A DNA stretch of 64,000 nucleotides from a virus (taxonomy: Duplodnaviria; Heunggongvirae; Uroviricota; Caudoviricetes), in the IMG/VR virus record IMGVR_UViG_3300014204_000008, positions 34,837 through 98,836 of that record, one strand, 5' to 3'. The notes beneath the pieces are model-generated. The model ran no database searches. It saw only the letters and a program-made list of their open reading frames with translations, and was not told the DNA's origin. The translations under genes were made by a program, and so were the position numbers. Below are positions 44,906 to 56,029 of this stretch, piece after piece (position 1 is the stretch's first letter; every line of letters begins with the position of its first letter).

Positions 44906-47900
44906 TTTTATGAACGAGTTGATGGCTCCGAAATACTTCTCAACGATTGGTTCGATCTGAGTGATAATACCCATGTAGCGATAAACATCCTCTTCGCGCT
45001 TTGCCCCTTCATAGCTTGAATAGTTCCTATTCATATCAGGTCTCGTGACAAGGTGGTATCCAATACGAAGGAGCTGATCTTCTGAGAGACCACTTCCATT
45101 TATCATATAGTCTTCAAAGACTTTATCCATGATCTTTTCAGATTCTCCAGCAAGTTTACCGGTTTCCATATTGTAGTCTCTACTGAACTCTTTCTCATCA
45201 AAAACTTCACCCTTCTCTTGGGCGGCTCTTCGCGCCTTATCCATGACAACGGAACGCGCTTTACGTCGCGCTTGGCGAGAAGCGTTGATGTTCGCGGCCA
45301 TCTTTACAATGTGAGATTCAGGCGTGCCAGAAGTAATCTTAAAGAAGTCCTCACCTTTTTCTTCAATAAGTGATTTCTTTACTTCCTGTGCCGCAAAAAG
45401 GTCTGCGGCGTTCTGGGCCTTGATATCTGTACGCTCAATTGGTTTTAAACCTCTGAACTGATCCAGTATCTCAAAGAATGGCGTCAACTTCCCATCGGCT
45501 GCATTGATTCGATCATTGAGGTTAAAGATTTTCTCTAAAGAATACACGAGATCAGATGTCGATTCCAGGGTATTCTTTTCTTCGTCGACGAGTTGAAATG
45601 CCGTCTGGAAGTCTCGAAGCTCTTTAGAAATCTTCAGGATCTCCTTCTTCGTCGTAACTCCAAAAAGATGTGAGATGAGAACTTGGTTCGCATCCTGAAG
45701 ACCTGTTTCCTTCAATCGACGTTCAAAGTCTCCATAGGTAACACCATCAACGGTCTCCTGTGCCAATTGACCAACGAAACGCGGATCGTTCTTCATATTC
45801 GAAGCAACAGGAAGATTCGAATCTCTTACTTGAGAGAGAATGCGACCTATTCCTTGTGCCTGACCAACGCCTTTCCCAGAATTCACTGCGGCATTTACCG
45901 TATAGCGAACACCTTGATCAGTCATTTCGATTGGCTTCTCTCCAGCTCCTTCTCCGAATTTCGTAAGAGGATCAAGAACAATATCTTTATCACTCTTACG
46001 CTGTGTTTCAATATAGTCAGCGTATTCCTCAGGAATGCCTCTCCCCTGGAGTTCATGCCCCTTCCCATAGATAGGGAAGACTTCATAAGCATCTCCATCA
46101 AAGTCGAACTCTTTTCGGACATATCCATCATATGCAGAAGTGATAATCGTGCCTTTTTTCACCTTCATTCCAAAGTCCTCAGCAATAACAACGTCTGCTT
46201 TTGCAAGAGCCGTAAGTCTCGTGATAGGTTGGCGAATGGAAACAACACTCGTTGGTTTTCCGATGCGCTCCCAGTCTGCACGAGAAAGCATGATTTCATT
46301 TGGCTTCAGATAGAGGTTCTTTGCCTGTTCCTTAAGGAACGTTTTTCCATAATCACTTAGACGGTTTGCCTTATCAGCGTCTTCAAGAACATCTACAATT
46401 CTATAGATATCTGCTTGATCGTCTAAGAGGTATCGAGCGTCTTTCTCTGAAAGAACGCTGTCACCAAATAACTCATTGAAATGAGTTCGTAACGTTCCTA
46501 CTTTGTCCTTTACTTCTTTTGACTTTGCGAATGTCACGAGTTCTGCGACATGAGCGAAGTGACCAAGGTCTTCTTTCTTTGGATGATTTGCAACTTCAGA
46601 AATCTTCAAAGCCCCTTTTGAAGCAAGATCTGGTTGAACGTAATTGTAGGTAGATTCTCCTAAGAATCTTCCTGACATGATCTTTGATTGGAAAGCTTTT
46701 GCGATATTCTCTTCAAGTTTCTTTTCAATAAACATGTCTGGCGTATCCGAGCGACTGAGGAGCTGATTCATCTTCTCCCAATCTGCACTATCAATTTCTC
46801 CAACAAGGTCTATACCAAATTTCTCTTTGAATTTCGTATTAGCCTCTCGAATAACCTCACGTATCGGTGTCCCGTTTTTCTTTGCTTCTCGAATCGAGGA
46901 GAAGAGATCTGTGTAATCCTTGATTGGTTCTGAGAAGCGTTCCGTGAAAGCTTTATTTACAACAGGATCATTTGAAGCTCGTGAGTAGATAGAAGCAGCA
47001 GCCTTTGGCTTTGTAACCGCTTTCTTTGGGACAACCTTTGCGTGCCAAGATGAAGAAGGCGTCGTGCCTCCAACAATCCCATCTCCCATATCTTCAAGAA
47101 GTCCTAACCCAATTTTAACATTCTCTGAAGAGCCAACGATCGAGAACTTATCAAGAGGTTTCCCAATACGTCGTTCGAAAGAACGTTGCATGTGCTCAGG
47201 CATTGGATAGAATTGACCTTTGATGATTGCTGTTCCACTTCCAGTGTTCCAGACAAGGTTAGATTTGATATATCCAAGAGATGGGTCAGAATTCATTGCC
47301 TTCAAGAGAAGTTTAAATCCTTCTTCGGGAATGAAGTTCGCTCCATCCATAATATCTTTTCCATTAATCCCATCAAGAACCTTTGTACGCTTCACACTTT
47401 CCGTTGGGAGTTGGAGCATGTTCTCATCGACAAGCCCAAGTTCTCCCATTTTCTTTCCTGGAAAAACGAAGAGTGGCATCTGAACTTCATTCCCCTTTTC
47501 ATCTCGAAGATCGAGTTTTGGTTCAGAAAAGTTGAGAATGCTTGTACGCTTGTTGAGCTTACCGAAATTCGAAGCTGTTTTCTGATCAAGACCTACGACA
47601 TTCTGATAGAAAGAAACTCTAAATCGCTCACTTGGCGTCATCTTTTCAGCACCTTCGCCCGTATACATGTTTGCAAGCTTCTCGTTGTATTTTACCAAAA
47701 TCGTATTCTTAATGTTGTTTCCAGCAATACCAATAACCACGTAACTGTCCTTTTCAGCACGTCCACTATTAACGATATCAAGAACTGCTTGATAGGCATC
47801 ATCTGATTTTGTTTCAACCAAGCCATCTGTCTCATAACGCTTCAATTCAATCTTTCCAATATCTGGATTTCTTGATGTGAAGTCTTCAATGAGTCTATCT

Positions 47901-50900
47901 GTAGGACTCTTTGATTTCATGGTTAACGTTTCAACATCTTCTTGGATTTTACCGTTCTTTACTTGGAAGGCTTCACGTGGTTTCGCATCAATAATTCTTC
48001 GAAGAAGAACTTTAAAATCATTCTTCGTAGCCTCATTTGAAAAGAGTGATGGGAGTTCAACATCGTACTTTTCAGAAAAGTCTTTTGTACTCGTTTCCAT
48101 TGATTCGATAAGCTCGTCCATTGCTTTATGAGAATCTCCGCCATTCTTCTCTCGAAGCTGCTGTAATCTCTTTTGGATATTCTCTCTGGAAAAACTATTC
48201 TTTCTTTCTTCAAGAGCAGATATCGTTTTCCCGAAATGGGACAACTGTTCACGCTGGTCCTCTGTAAGAGTTCTATTCCCGTTCTCAGAAAAGAACTTGT
48301 TACGCAAGTCATTACGCTTTGCAATGATCTCTTTCTGCTTAGAAGAGAAAACAATGGTAGAGAGTTCTAATTTTCCATTCTTAAGTGTACGAGCATCGCT
48401 TGGAGATGTAAGTGATACGTCTTGCGTATCAAATGGTCTATTCGTTGTAAGCTCATCAGAAAGAGCAATCCTTTCCTCTACGGTAGGATTTCGTACAAGT
48501 TCAACGCCAAGAGATTCTGCTGCTTTCTTTTCAACAGGGGTCTGAACAAAAGATTCTTCATTTCGTGTGACAATCTCTGCTTCACCCTTTTCAGGAACGT
48601 ATTTAACATTCTTTCCTTCCTTGATTGCGGAAAGCTGATCTCGTACCTCCAAAGGTAAAGATTCAGGGATGTTTTCCTTCGTTTTCGGTTCTATCTGCTG
48701 TCTAACTGGTTCTTGTACCTTAGGTGGTTCCTCTATAGGAACTATGCGTGGCTCCGCGACAGTTTGCTTAACTTGAGGCTCTGATACCATCTGTGAGGCT
48801 CTAGGAGCCTCTATGACAGGTTCTTGTGGCAAAATTGGCGTCTGTACCTCTTGTTTAATTAGAAGGCTCTCAGTGGCCATTTTAGGCGTTTCAGGTGGTA
48901 TTGTGGTATCTGATACTATTTCAGGAACAGGAAGGCTCTCAGGGGCCATTTTGGCCTCTACAGGAGCTTCTACTGGGACATCTGAAGGCTTTTGAATAGC
49001 TGTCTCTTTAACAGTTCTCTTAGACCCAAGAAGTGGAAGATCGAGAAAATGACCAAGAAGAGGGCTTTGAACGAATTCAGAGGTACGAAGAATACCGCTT
49101 ACAATTCTTGCCTGATCAGAAATTGCTTGAATGTTTGCCGTTCCAGAAGAGATGCCATCTTCGAGTACCGAAAGAAGATCACGGAGAGAGACTGAATCTC
49201 CCTTAGCGATGATCTCTCCAGCTCTTTCTGGTGACAGAATTTCTCCGTAACGTTTTGAGATCTTTGAGACAAGATCATCAGCACTCTTACTTCCAGCAGC
49301 TTCAGAGAAGAATGAGAAAACTTCTTCACCGTCTTTTATCCTTTGGATGAATGCTTCAGAATATTCTTCTGGGTTATTAAAAACCTTATCGAGCATCTCA
49401 TATGAAGGCTCGATGTCCATCTTCTGTTTTAATGTATCTACGAAACGTTTTGAATCCTCAGGTCCAGTAAGAGCACGAGCACGTGCCATAAGTTCCATCG
49501 GTGAATGAACCTCTGAACCAGACTTTGTTCCTTCGAATAGTTGCTGAGTCTTCGAAATGCCATCTTCGGTAATAGCAATTTTAAACCAACGTTTTCCTTC
49601 CTCTGCACCCATTTCTCGAATATCTCCAACCATGGCACCAACGTTTTGGTCATCCATCCATCTTGAAAGAGTATCCTTGTCTAAGTTGAGCTGTTCTCCT
49701 TGATAGTTCTTCCAGCGATCATCTTTTGTTCCTAAGGAACCAACAAGTTCTTCCGTTTTCTCATTCATTCGATCGAGGACTTTCTTTGATGGCATCATCC
49801 CAACCTTCACCCAAGAAACAGTTCCATCGACTTCCTTATGTGGAACATAAACAGAAATGACTGAATCTGGGTTAGATTCAATATCTTTTGTTGCACGTTC
49901 TTCAGGTGTGTACTGGCTTCGACGTAGAGTTTCTTTTGTTCCCTGACCAGGAGATCTTATTAAGAGTGCTCTTGTTCCACGATTTCCGTTTACCTTTGCG
50001 TCTTGAAGAAGTTGCCACTGGCGTTCAGTCATGCTCCATTCTCCACCAGTCGTTTGGAATACACCTGTAGGACTGTCGACTGGAACGATGGACGGATCTG
50101 CTGAACGTGTTGCCGTTGAATCAACATTTTCAAAGAAGATATTCTTTGCTTCATTTGCCGTTAAACGAAGTGACGGATCGGCAGTAGCCTGGCCATTATT
50201 TAACATTCTTTGAAGAAGAACGCTCCATGACTGGAGATCCTGTAAAAGCATCCTATCAGATTCAACAGGATTCTTCGTTGTTGATTCCAAGAATCGAAGT
50301 GATGTATCAAGTTGTCTTGTCACTAAAGACAAATCCTCTTCACTCCAAATAGGGTTTCCATTTTTATCTACATTCTTTTCTGCCGTTTCTTTCCATTTAT
50401 TCGTCCCTTCAATCCGCAATTTAACCAAAGCTTCTGAAGAAAGATCCTTCCCAGCGTAATATTCAGTTGGTTTAAAGTTTTCGAATTTACCAGGATTTGG
50501 GAACATCTCTGGATTAACAGCATGAAGATTTACGGCAGCAGCGAACTTCATTCGGTCATCAAGTCTAACAAGAAGTTGATTCTGGAGAGATGCTTGTTTC
50601 TCTGCGTAAACCGTCTTCATTGCCTGTTGAACGAATGGTGATTTTTCAATAATATCACGTTCTGAAGCTGAAAACGTTGGCTTTGTTCCAGCATCAGCCA
50701 CTTTAGCTTGCTTAATATATTTTCCTACAACATCCACACCTTTTTCACGGGTTCTAATTTCTTTCGTATGTCCTAGACCATGAAGAGCTGTAAGCATCAA
50801 AGCATTCTGAAGAATGCCCATGACATCTCCTTCAGAAGATTCATCCTTCATATTGAATCCCTGCTCCATCGAAGCCAAAACAGCACCTTTGCCAAAGACC

Positions 50901-52729
50901 TTCATGTAACCAGGAATGTTATGTGCATCCATTCCAAAAGCAGCACCATTAACAGAGTCCCACATAACTCTATTCATCGTTGCTCCAAGAGAGCGGTCAT
51001 CTTGTTGATGGAGAAGCCCGTGAACAACCATGAGTCCAATATTTTCCATTTGAGCATTCCACTTCAAAGCTCGCATCGTGTCTCCAAACGCTTCACCAAT
51101 CATTGGAACTTTAGCCGTCTTCACATCAGTCCAAGCCCATGGAGCTGCTTCAAAAATACGAGCCGTTGGTCCTGGTTTCTCGACAGCAGCTACAGCCGCC
51201 TTTGCTGCTTTTAAGGTATTACGAGCTGCAACATTTCCTATAGGGGATGAACCAAATTTCTCAAATGCCTTTTGCTTTAATCCTGCAGCAACGGCACTGA
51301 TGCCAATTGGTCCTTTTGCAGCAGCTTCTCCGATACTCTTCGTAATTCTTCCTATTTTTGTAGGTTCAATAAATTCAGCTGCTTTGCCAAGTTTTGTTGC
51401 ATAACCTACTTTCGTAGCAACCTTTGCTAGTCCACCAGTGACGATAAACGAAGCAAGAAAACCGAGCGTTGATCCTACGGCGTTTCCAACTTGTCCTGCG
51501 ATTTTATTCTGTTCAGCGTATTGGCTTTTCCAATATGGAGCATCGCTTGCTTTTGCAGCTTCTTCCCAATTTGTAGAACCTAATTTTCCATATCCAAAAG
51601 TAAGTTCTGTCCCAAAGCCACGAGTAGCTTCAGATAGAAAAGGTGTGACAACGGGCTTCTGACCGAAAATAGGTAAGGATTCTACCTTCTTAGACATCCA
51701 GTCGCCCACAATCTTTCCCGCAGCACCCATTTCTTTCGGGACTTGTTTCAATGTTTCGAAAAATGATGGCTGCTTATATGTTTTCCAAGCTTTCCAAGCA
51801 TTTGCAGCCTGTTCAATGGAAATAACTCCAGTATCATCTGGAGTAGATAAGTCGGTATCTGAATAGTTTTTCCAATCCGTGAGTGCAAGCTGGGCTTCAC
51901 CTAATTGAATCGGATCTACACCATACTTTTTAAGTTCTTCTGGATTGTCTCTAGACGCTCTCCAAAGTGTATATGGAACAGATTGAATCTTCGTTTTCTT
52001 CTCATGCTCCTGGTTCGTGAGGAGCTGCATGTTCGAGATATCGTCTGCTCCACCCATTGAAAGCGGAAGTGCATGGTCAACTTGATAAAGTGCTGGATCT
52101 CTTCCTTGTAAAACCTTTGCTTTTATACTCGCAGCCTGAGAAGCGTTTCGAATAGTATGGATCAAGCCACCTGGTTGAGATGGATCTGTAAGGTAATAGG
52201 CTCCACTAGCCTGGGAAATTGGATTTCCCTGATTATCAACATTCGAAGACGGGACTTCTCTTACTTGAGCTTGATCTGTTGGATTCACCCAACCTAATCC
52301 TGGATTCGCAGGAGCAATATCCATTGGACCTTCTTGTCTTCCGGCTTGAAACTGAGAGAGTGGTTGTTGTGATCCTGGGAAAGATGAAGGGGCGATGTTT
52401 TGACCAGTCTCGAATGCCACTGGAGTAAGTTGATCAAAACGAGTTGAAGGATCTTCCGCTGGCGGCGTAAAACTCGATTTCATTCCAGCATTAAAAGATG
52501 GAGTAGGGACTGTACTCATCTTTGTTCTTTGTTGTGCAACAAGAACTTTCAATGCTGCTAACAGTTGTTTTGAATCAGGAATACCGTAAGACTGGTCCTT
52601 TGCCTTTTGGGAAGGGACAACATTAGCCAATCTCGCCTTCTCTTTTGCCGTTAATTTCTGGCGAGAAGAGTACGATGTATTTTGAGTTATATTAGCCATG
52701 TTAGAAGGAATACATGAAAGAATTTCCAA
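44885..52729 (-). CDS. giant virion-associated protein (2614 aa), putative tape-measure or ejected polyvalent protein, with N-terminal HNH-like motif
   Basis: Single uninterrupted ORF. YQVDHALPLSMGGADDISNMQLLTNQEH (His-Me finger-like) near residue 215. Gly/Ala-rich amphipathic segments (GLAKVATKVGYATKLGKAAE ...). PQ/PE-rich low-complexity linker. Large helical C-terminal region. Last gene of the tail operon. Confidence 0.75.
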   Translation of the reverse strand: MEILSCIPSNMANITQNTSYSSRQKLTAKEKARLANVVPSQKAKDQSYGIPDSKQLLAALKVLVAQQRTKMSTVPTPSFNAGMKSSFTPPAEDPSTRFDQLTPVAFETGQNIAPSSFPGSQQPLSQFQAGRQEGPMDIAPANPGLGWVNPTDQAQVREVPSSNVDNQGNPISQASGAYYLTDPSQPGGLIHTIRNASQAASIKAKVLQGRDPALYQVDHALPLSMGGADDISNMQLLTNQEHEKKTKIQSVPYTLWRASRDNPEELKKYGVDPIQLGEAQLALTDWKNYSDTDLSTPDDTGVISIEQAANAWKAWKTYKQPSFFETLKQVPKEMGAAGKIVGDWMSKKVESLPIFGQKPVVTPFLSEATRGFGTELTFGYGKLGSTNWEEAAKASDAPYWKSQYAEQNKIAGQVGNAVGSTLGFLASFIVTGGLAKVATKVGYATKLGKAAEFIEPTKIGRITKSIGEAAAKGPIGISAVAAGLKQKAFEKFGSSPIGNVAARNTLKAAKAAVAAVEKPGPTARIFEAAPWAWTDVKTAKVPMIGEAFGDTMRALKWNAQMENIGLMVVHGLLHQQDDRSLGATMNRVMWDSVNGAAFGMDAHNIPGYMKVFGKGAVLASMEQGFNMKDESSEGDVMGILQNALMLTALHGLGHTKEIRTREKGVDVVGKYIKQAKVADAGTKPTFSASERDIIEKSPFVQQAMKTVYAEKQASLQNQLLVRLDDRMKFAAAVNLHAVNPEMFPNPGKFENFKPTEYYAGKDLSSEALVKLRIEGTNKWKETAEKNVDKNGNPIWSEEDLSLVTRQLDTSLRFLESTTKNPVESDRMLLQDLQSWSVLLQRMLNNGQATADPSLRLTANEAKNIFFENVDSTATRSADPSIVPVDSPTGVFQTTGGEWSMTERQWQLLQDAKVNGNRGTRALLIRSPGQGTKETLRRSQYTPEERATKDIESNPDSVISVYVPHKEVDGTVSWVKVGMMPSKKVLDRMNEKTEELVGSLGTKDDRWKNYQGEQLNLDKDTLSRWMDDQNVGAMVGDIREMGAEEGKRWFKIAITEDGISKTQQLFEGTKSGSEVHSPMELMARARALTGPEDSKRFVDTLKQKMDIEPSYEMLDKVFNNPEEYSEAFIQRIKDGEEVFSFFSEAAGSKSADDLVSKISKRYGEILSPERAGEIIAKGDSVSLRDLLSVLEDGISSGTANIQAISDQARIVSGILRTSEFVQSPLLGHFLDLPLLGSKRTVKETAIQKPSDVPVEAPVEAKMAPESLPVPEIVSDTTIPPETPKMATESLLIKQEVQTPILPQEPVIEAPRASQMVSEPQVKQTVAEPRIVPIEEPPKVQEPVRQQIEPKTKENIPESLPLEVRDQLSAIKEGKNVKYVPEKGEAEIVTRNEESFVQTPVEKKAAESLGVELVRNPTVEERIALSDELTTNRPFDTQDVSLTSPSDARTLKNGKLELSTIVFSSKQKEIIAKRNDLRNKFFSENGNRTLTEDQREQLSHFGKTISALEERKNSFSRENIQKRLQQLREKNGGDSHKAMDELIESMETSTKDFSEKYDVELPSLFSNEATKNDFKVLLRRIIDAKPREAFQVKNGKIQEDVETLTMKSKSPTDRLIEDFTSRNPDIGKIELKRYETDGLVETKSDDAYQAVLDIVNSGRAEKDSYVVIGIAGNNIKNTILVKYNEKLANMYTGEGAEKMTPSERFRVSFYQNVVGLDQKTASNFGKLNKRTSILNFSEPKLDLRDEKGNEVQMPLFVFPGKKMGELGLVDENMLQLPTESVKRTKVLDGINGKDIMDGANFIPEEGFKLLLKAMNSDPSLGYIKSNLVWNTGSGTAIIKGQFYPMPEHMQRSFERRIGKPLDKFSIVGSSENVKIGLGLLEDMGDGIVGGTTPSSSWHAKVVPKKAVTKPKAAASIYSRASNDPVVNKAFTERFSEPIKDYTDLFSSIREAKKNGTPIREVIREANTKFKEKFGIDLVGEIDSADWEKMNQLLSRSDTPDMFIEKKLEENIAKAFQSKIMSGRFLGESTYNYVQPDLASKGALKISEVANHPKKEDLGHFAHVAELVTFAKSKEVKDKVGTLRTHFNELFGDSVLSEKDARYLLDDQADIYRIVDVLEDADKANRLSDYGKTFLKEQAKNLYLKPNEIMLSRADWERIGKPTSVVSIRQPITRLTALAKADVVIAEDFGMKVKKGTIITSAYDGYVRKEFDFDGDAYEVFPIYGKGHELQGRGIPEEYADYIETQRKSDKDIVLDPLTKFGEGAGEKPIEMTDQGVRYTVNAAVNSGKGVGQAQGIGRILSQVRDSNLPVASNMKNDPRFVGQLAQETVDGVTYGDFERRLKETGLQDANQVLISHLFGVTTKKEILKISKELRDFQTAFQLVDEEKNTLESTSDLVYSLEKIFNLNDRINAADGKLTPFFEILDQFRGLKPIERTDIKAQNAADLFAAQEVKKSLIEEKGEDFFKITSGTPESHIVKMAANINASRQARRKARSVVMDKARRAAQEKGEVFDEKEFSRDYNMETGKLAGESEKIMDKVFEDYMINGSGLSEDQLLRIGYHLVTRPDMNRNYSSYEGAKREEDVYRYMGIITQIEPIVEKYFGAINSFIKNKSLSN

Positions 52730-54974
52730 TCATTGAGCCTAACCACTGGGCTGTCATCTGATTGATAGGCGTCGCTCTTACAGCTTCAGCGTTTCTCTTC
52801 AAAGCTTCCCATGAATACGAGAGAAGTTTCGTATCTGTTACACCATTCTTCTTAGCGATATCCATAAACTTCTGCTTATCCTGATCCGAGAACGTCGATC
52901 GAGAGGAAACGACCTTTTTTAATGCAGAAGAGATCGCTTCCCAATTTGAAGCTACAGAATCACCGAAGACAGATTTCACGCTTTCGGTAAGAGGCGTCTT
53001 CATCGTCTCAAGGAAAGATAATTCTTGGTTGATATCTCCTAAACGAGGATCGGCAGGATTTGCTTTTTCAAGTTCTGTTGCCGCTGCTTTCAAATCAGTA
53101 GAACGTTTACTAATCGAATTAGCGTAGCGTTCAGCGAGAGCGAGCTTATCTACAGGCTTATTCTCATCATAAGGAGCTTGGAGCGAAGAGGCCATCGTTG
53201 CCTGCATGAGGTAGTAGACGGCTTTAGGATTGCTTGGAGCGTATTGTTTGATAAGAGAGGTAATATCATCAAATCCAGGATTCCATCCCGTGCCAGTATC
53301 AACGGTTTTTTGAAGCTGGTTAACGACTTTCCAATCTTCATCGCCAAGATTTGTTCCAGAGGTTTCAGTTGTATATTTCAAGATCTCAGCTTGAGTCTTA
53401 AATAGTTCAAGTTGATTCTTTAAGTTCTCAGCTTCGTTCTGAGAATAAAGAGCTGGTTTCTGATAGTTTTCTCCGATCATACTAACGAGAGATGTCCAAT
53501 CTTCTTGTCCTTGGGCTACAGCAACATTCAATTCTTGTGTCTTAAGATCAATGTCACTCTTCATTTGAGCCATCTGTGTATTTCGCTGATCTATCGCATT
53601 ATTGAGATATGATGCATATCGAGAAACAGTCTTTCCTTTCATCGAAGTAAGGTAGTTCTTGTAGCTCGTCATCATTTGACCAAAGACAGGTGCATCCATT
53701 GGCATGGATGCCATCTTCTTATTTGTATCATCGAGAAGGCCATCTATACCTTTCAAAAATTCATCTTGGGCAACGATATAATCACGAGCATCTGTCTTGA
53801 ATTTTGGATTCTCGATAGCCATCTGATTATAACCAGTAAGCATCTGATCCAGACCCATCTGTTTCTTCTTAAGATCAATGAGAGCCTGTGTATGCTGTGT
53901 AGCTGTTGAACCAAGTGGTTTTTGAACACCTGGAAACACTTTCTGCCATTCAGCATCTTCCATCCCAGATATCGTATTTAAAACTTTCATTTGATATTGA
54001 GTCTGGGAAAGTCCCTGGTTAGAAGGATCGTAGATATTTAAACCAGGGATAGCATTAAGATCCCATTGTGAACCTATTGGTTGAGAGCCAGAAGATGAAG
54101 TATCCATTTCAGATCCTTCTGGGTATTGAATCTCAGAATATGAAGACGACGAAGATCCTGAAGCTTGGCTCGGTATCGTTGGACCATAAACAGGACCTTG
54201 TGGTGCTGTTGGTTTCTGAGGTTCTTGATACGGAGTAAGACCGGGAGAAGCTAACGCCTTATCAAGCTCAACCGTTGGACCAGACGGAGGATTTAACGTT
54301 CTAGCGAATGTAGGATCAATCTCTTGTGTTTGAGGAGCAGTTTGTTGAGACCCAGAAGGAAGAAACGGATTCGTAATTGGCTTAGAGAGATCTGTTCCAA
54401 ACAGGGTAGATCCTAGAGAGTTCTTTGCGTAATTTGTAACGGCATTTCCTAAATAACTTGCAGCAGGCAAAAGAGACTTTGTGGCATAGCCACTAAGGTC
54501 TGTATAAGCATTCTTGGCTGCTGTTCCAAGAGAGTTAAAACCTGCATTTACGACATTACCAATTGCAGGAAGAATCCCAGGGAATCCTCCTTGTCCATCC
54601 TGTTTCGATTGATTGAGCCAAGGCAAAACTTGATTAACATAAAGCGGACTTGGTTGCTGAACTCCATAACCAGGACCTCCTTGACCATCTTGAGCAACTT
54701 TACGCTTTGGAGCTGGTTTTGCGTAATGGAGAGTAGGAGTATGATTTGGAATCAACGAAAGAATATCCGTTTTATTATATTTCTGCGGGGCTGGTGTAGG
54801 CGCAGACGAAGATCTAGGTTGGATACGTCCAAAAAGAGAAAGGACAGACTTAGCCTTCGCTCTTTGCGTAGAACCGATCGGTGCATTCCAAGCATCCTGA
54901 ACAAGTTTAGAGAGTTCAGGATTCTTCATGATAAGTTCTATCGCCTTGGATTTGATGGCTGAGTCTTCCGACAT
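52701..54974 (-). CDS. large helical virion protein (757 aa), possible tape-measure or internal protein
   Basis: N/G/S-rich segments followed by extended helical and coiled-coil sequence. Overlaps the giant gene by 29 nt. Confidence 0.6.
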   Translation of the reverse strand: MSEDSAIKSKAIELIMKNPELSKLVQDAWNAPIGSTQRAKAKSVLSLFGRIQPRSSSAPTPAPQKYNKTDILSLIPNHTPTLHYAKPAPKRKVAQDGQGGPGYGVQQPSPLYVNQVLPWLNQSKQDGQGGFPGILPAIGNVVNAGFNSLGTAAKNAYTDLSGYATKSLLPAASYLGNAVTNYAKNSLGSTLFGTDLSKPITNPFLPSGSQQTAPQTQEIDPTFARTLNPPSGPTVELDKALASPGLTPYQEPQKPTAPQGPVYGPTIPSQASGSSSSSYSEIQYPEGSEMDTSSSGSQPIGSQWDLNAIPGLNIYDPSNQGLSQTQYQMKVLNTISGMEDAEWQKVFPGVQKPLGSTATQHTQALIDLKKKQMGLDQMLTGYNQMAIENPKFKTDARDYIVAQDEFLKGIDGLLDDTNKKMASMPMDAPVFGQMMTSYKNYLTSMKGKTVSRYASYLNNAIDQRNTQMAQMKSDIDLKTQELNVAVAQGQEDWTSLVSMIGENYQKPALYSQNEAENLKNQLELFKTQAEILKYTTETSGTNLGDEDWKVVNQLQKTVDTGTGWNPGFDDITSLIKQYAPSNPKAVYYLMQATMASSLQAPYDENKPVDKLALAERYANSISKRSTDLKAAATELEKANPADPRLGDINQELSFLETMKTPLTESVKSVFGDSVASNWEAISSALKKVVSSRSTFSDQDKQKFMDIAKKNGVTDTKLLSYSWEALKRNAEAVRATPINQMTAQWLGSMIGNSFMYSF

Positions 54975-54976
54975 AC

Positions 54977-56026
54977 TTATATTGGTTTCTTTTGATTTAA
55001 AAAGATATTTGGGTTTATGTACTTCCCATACGCATCACGAACTCGATAATCAAGATGAGAACCTGTACCACCAGATGTGGAATAGGTACTTCCGGAGTTT
55101 CCCATTTCGCCGATTAACTGACCTTTCTTTACAGTATCTCCTACCTTTACCCATTCACTGTTAAGATGACTGAAACGATGTTTATTTCCACTAGAATCTT
55201 GAATTGTTATATTGTTTCCGAAACCAGCATCGCCTTGTTTCCTTCCAGTTTCTTCAGCAATGACTTTGCCTTCCACAAATGAAGGGATCTTTGTTCCAAT
55301 CTTATTCGCGATATCTATTGCTGGGTGTGAAGCTTCATACCTCGTCGAATCTCCAAATCTTGTTGTAACCGTACCTAAAGAGGTTGAAGGAGTTTCCATT
55401 GAGGATTGTGGACCAGAAATACTTGATTGTGAACTAGAAGTTGTTCCTAATCTCTCTAAGGCCTTATTGAATACGTTACCAGGAGCTACGCGACGTGATA
55501 CTTCTTTTCCTCTATACATCAGCTTAGAAGGATTCTCGTTAGACATCTGTGCTACTTGAACCTGACTAGCCGTAGGCGCGGCTATGGTTTCTGTAGGAAG
55601 ATTACGATACTTATTATACATCGAAACAACATTTTTGACGTACTTTGGTACAGAAGTACCTGTAACATCTTTTGACATGTTGTTCGCGACAGGTCTCCCA
55701 GAAAACCATACCGAGGCGACATCTGCTGGATTCTTGTATTGTTGAAACGACGAACTCATCTTAAATCTCGCTACGGCATCTTGGATTGCTGGATTCTTTA
55801 AGAATTCATTTACGGTATACGATCTCCCTAAAGCTTGTTTTGTCCAACTAGGAATATTTGCAGCCATGACTTGATACTTACCATATGCTCTATCTCCAGA
55901 AGCAGTCTTAGGCCCTATAGCTCCGTAATTTCCTCCAGATTCCTGTTGAGCTATCGCTTTCATGATAGCAGAAATAGCATCAAATGATTTTGGTGCCTTT
56001 TGCTGCGATGAAAGATTGTTTTCCAT
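54977..56026 (-). CDS. tail-associated lysin: lytic transglycosylase (SLT-like) plus M23 peptidase
   Basis: N-terminal QQESGGNYGAIGP ... AYGKYQVM matches the SLT catalytic Glu and GLMQ-like motif. C-terminal HPAIDIA ... GNSGSTYSTSGGTGSHLDYRV matches the M23 HxxxD ... HxH motifs. Confidence 0.7.
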   Translation of the reverse strand: MENNLSSQQKAPKSFDAISAIMKAIAQQESGGNYGAIGPKTASGDRAYGKYQVMAANIPSWTKQALGRSYTVNEFLKNPAIQDAVARFKMSSSFQQYKNPADVASVWFSGRPVANNMSKDVTGTSVPKYVKNVVSMYNKYRNLPTETIAAPTASQVQVAQMSNENPSKLMYRGKEVSRRVAPGNVFNKALERLGTTSSSQSSISGPQSSMETPSTSLGTVTTRFGDSTRYEASHPAIDIANKIGTKIPSFVEGKVIAEETGRKQGDAGFGNNITIQDSSGNKHRFSHLNSEWVKVGDTVKKGQLIGEMGNSGSTYSTSGGTGSHLDYRVRDAYGKYINPNIFLNQKKPI

Positions 56027-56029
56027 GTA

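Noticed and set aside
45683-51662. Many + strand ORFs of 60-225 aa (for example 45683-46360, 47186-47806, 50780-51214) inside the 2614-aa - strand gene
   Set aside because: They are embedded antisense in one uninterrupted 7.8-kb ORF. Low-complexity translations. Shadow ORFs.
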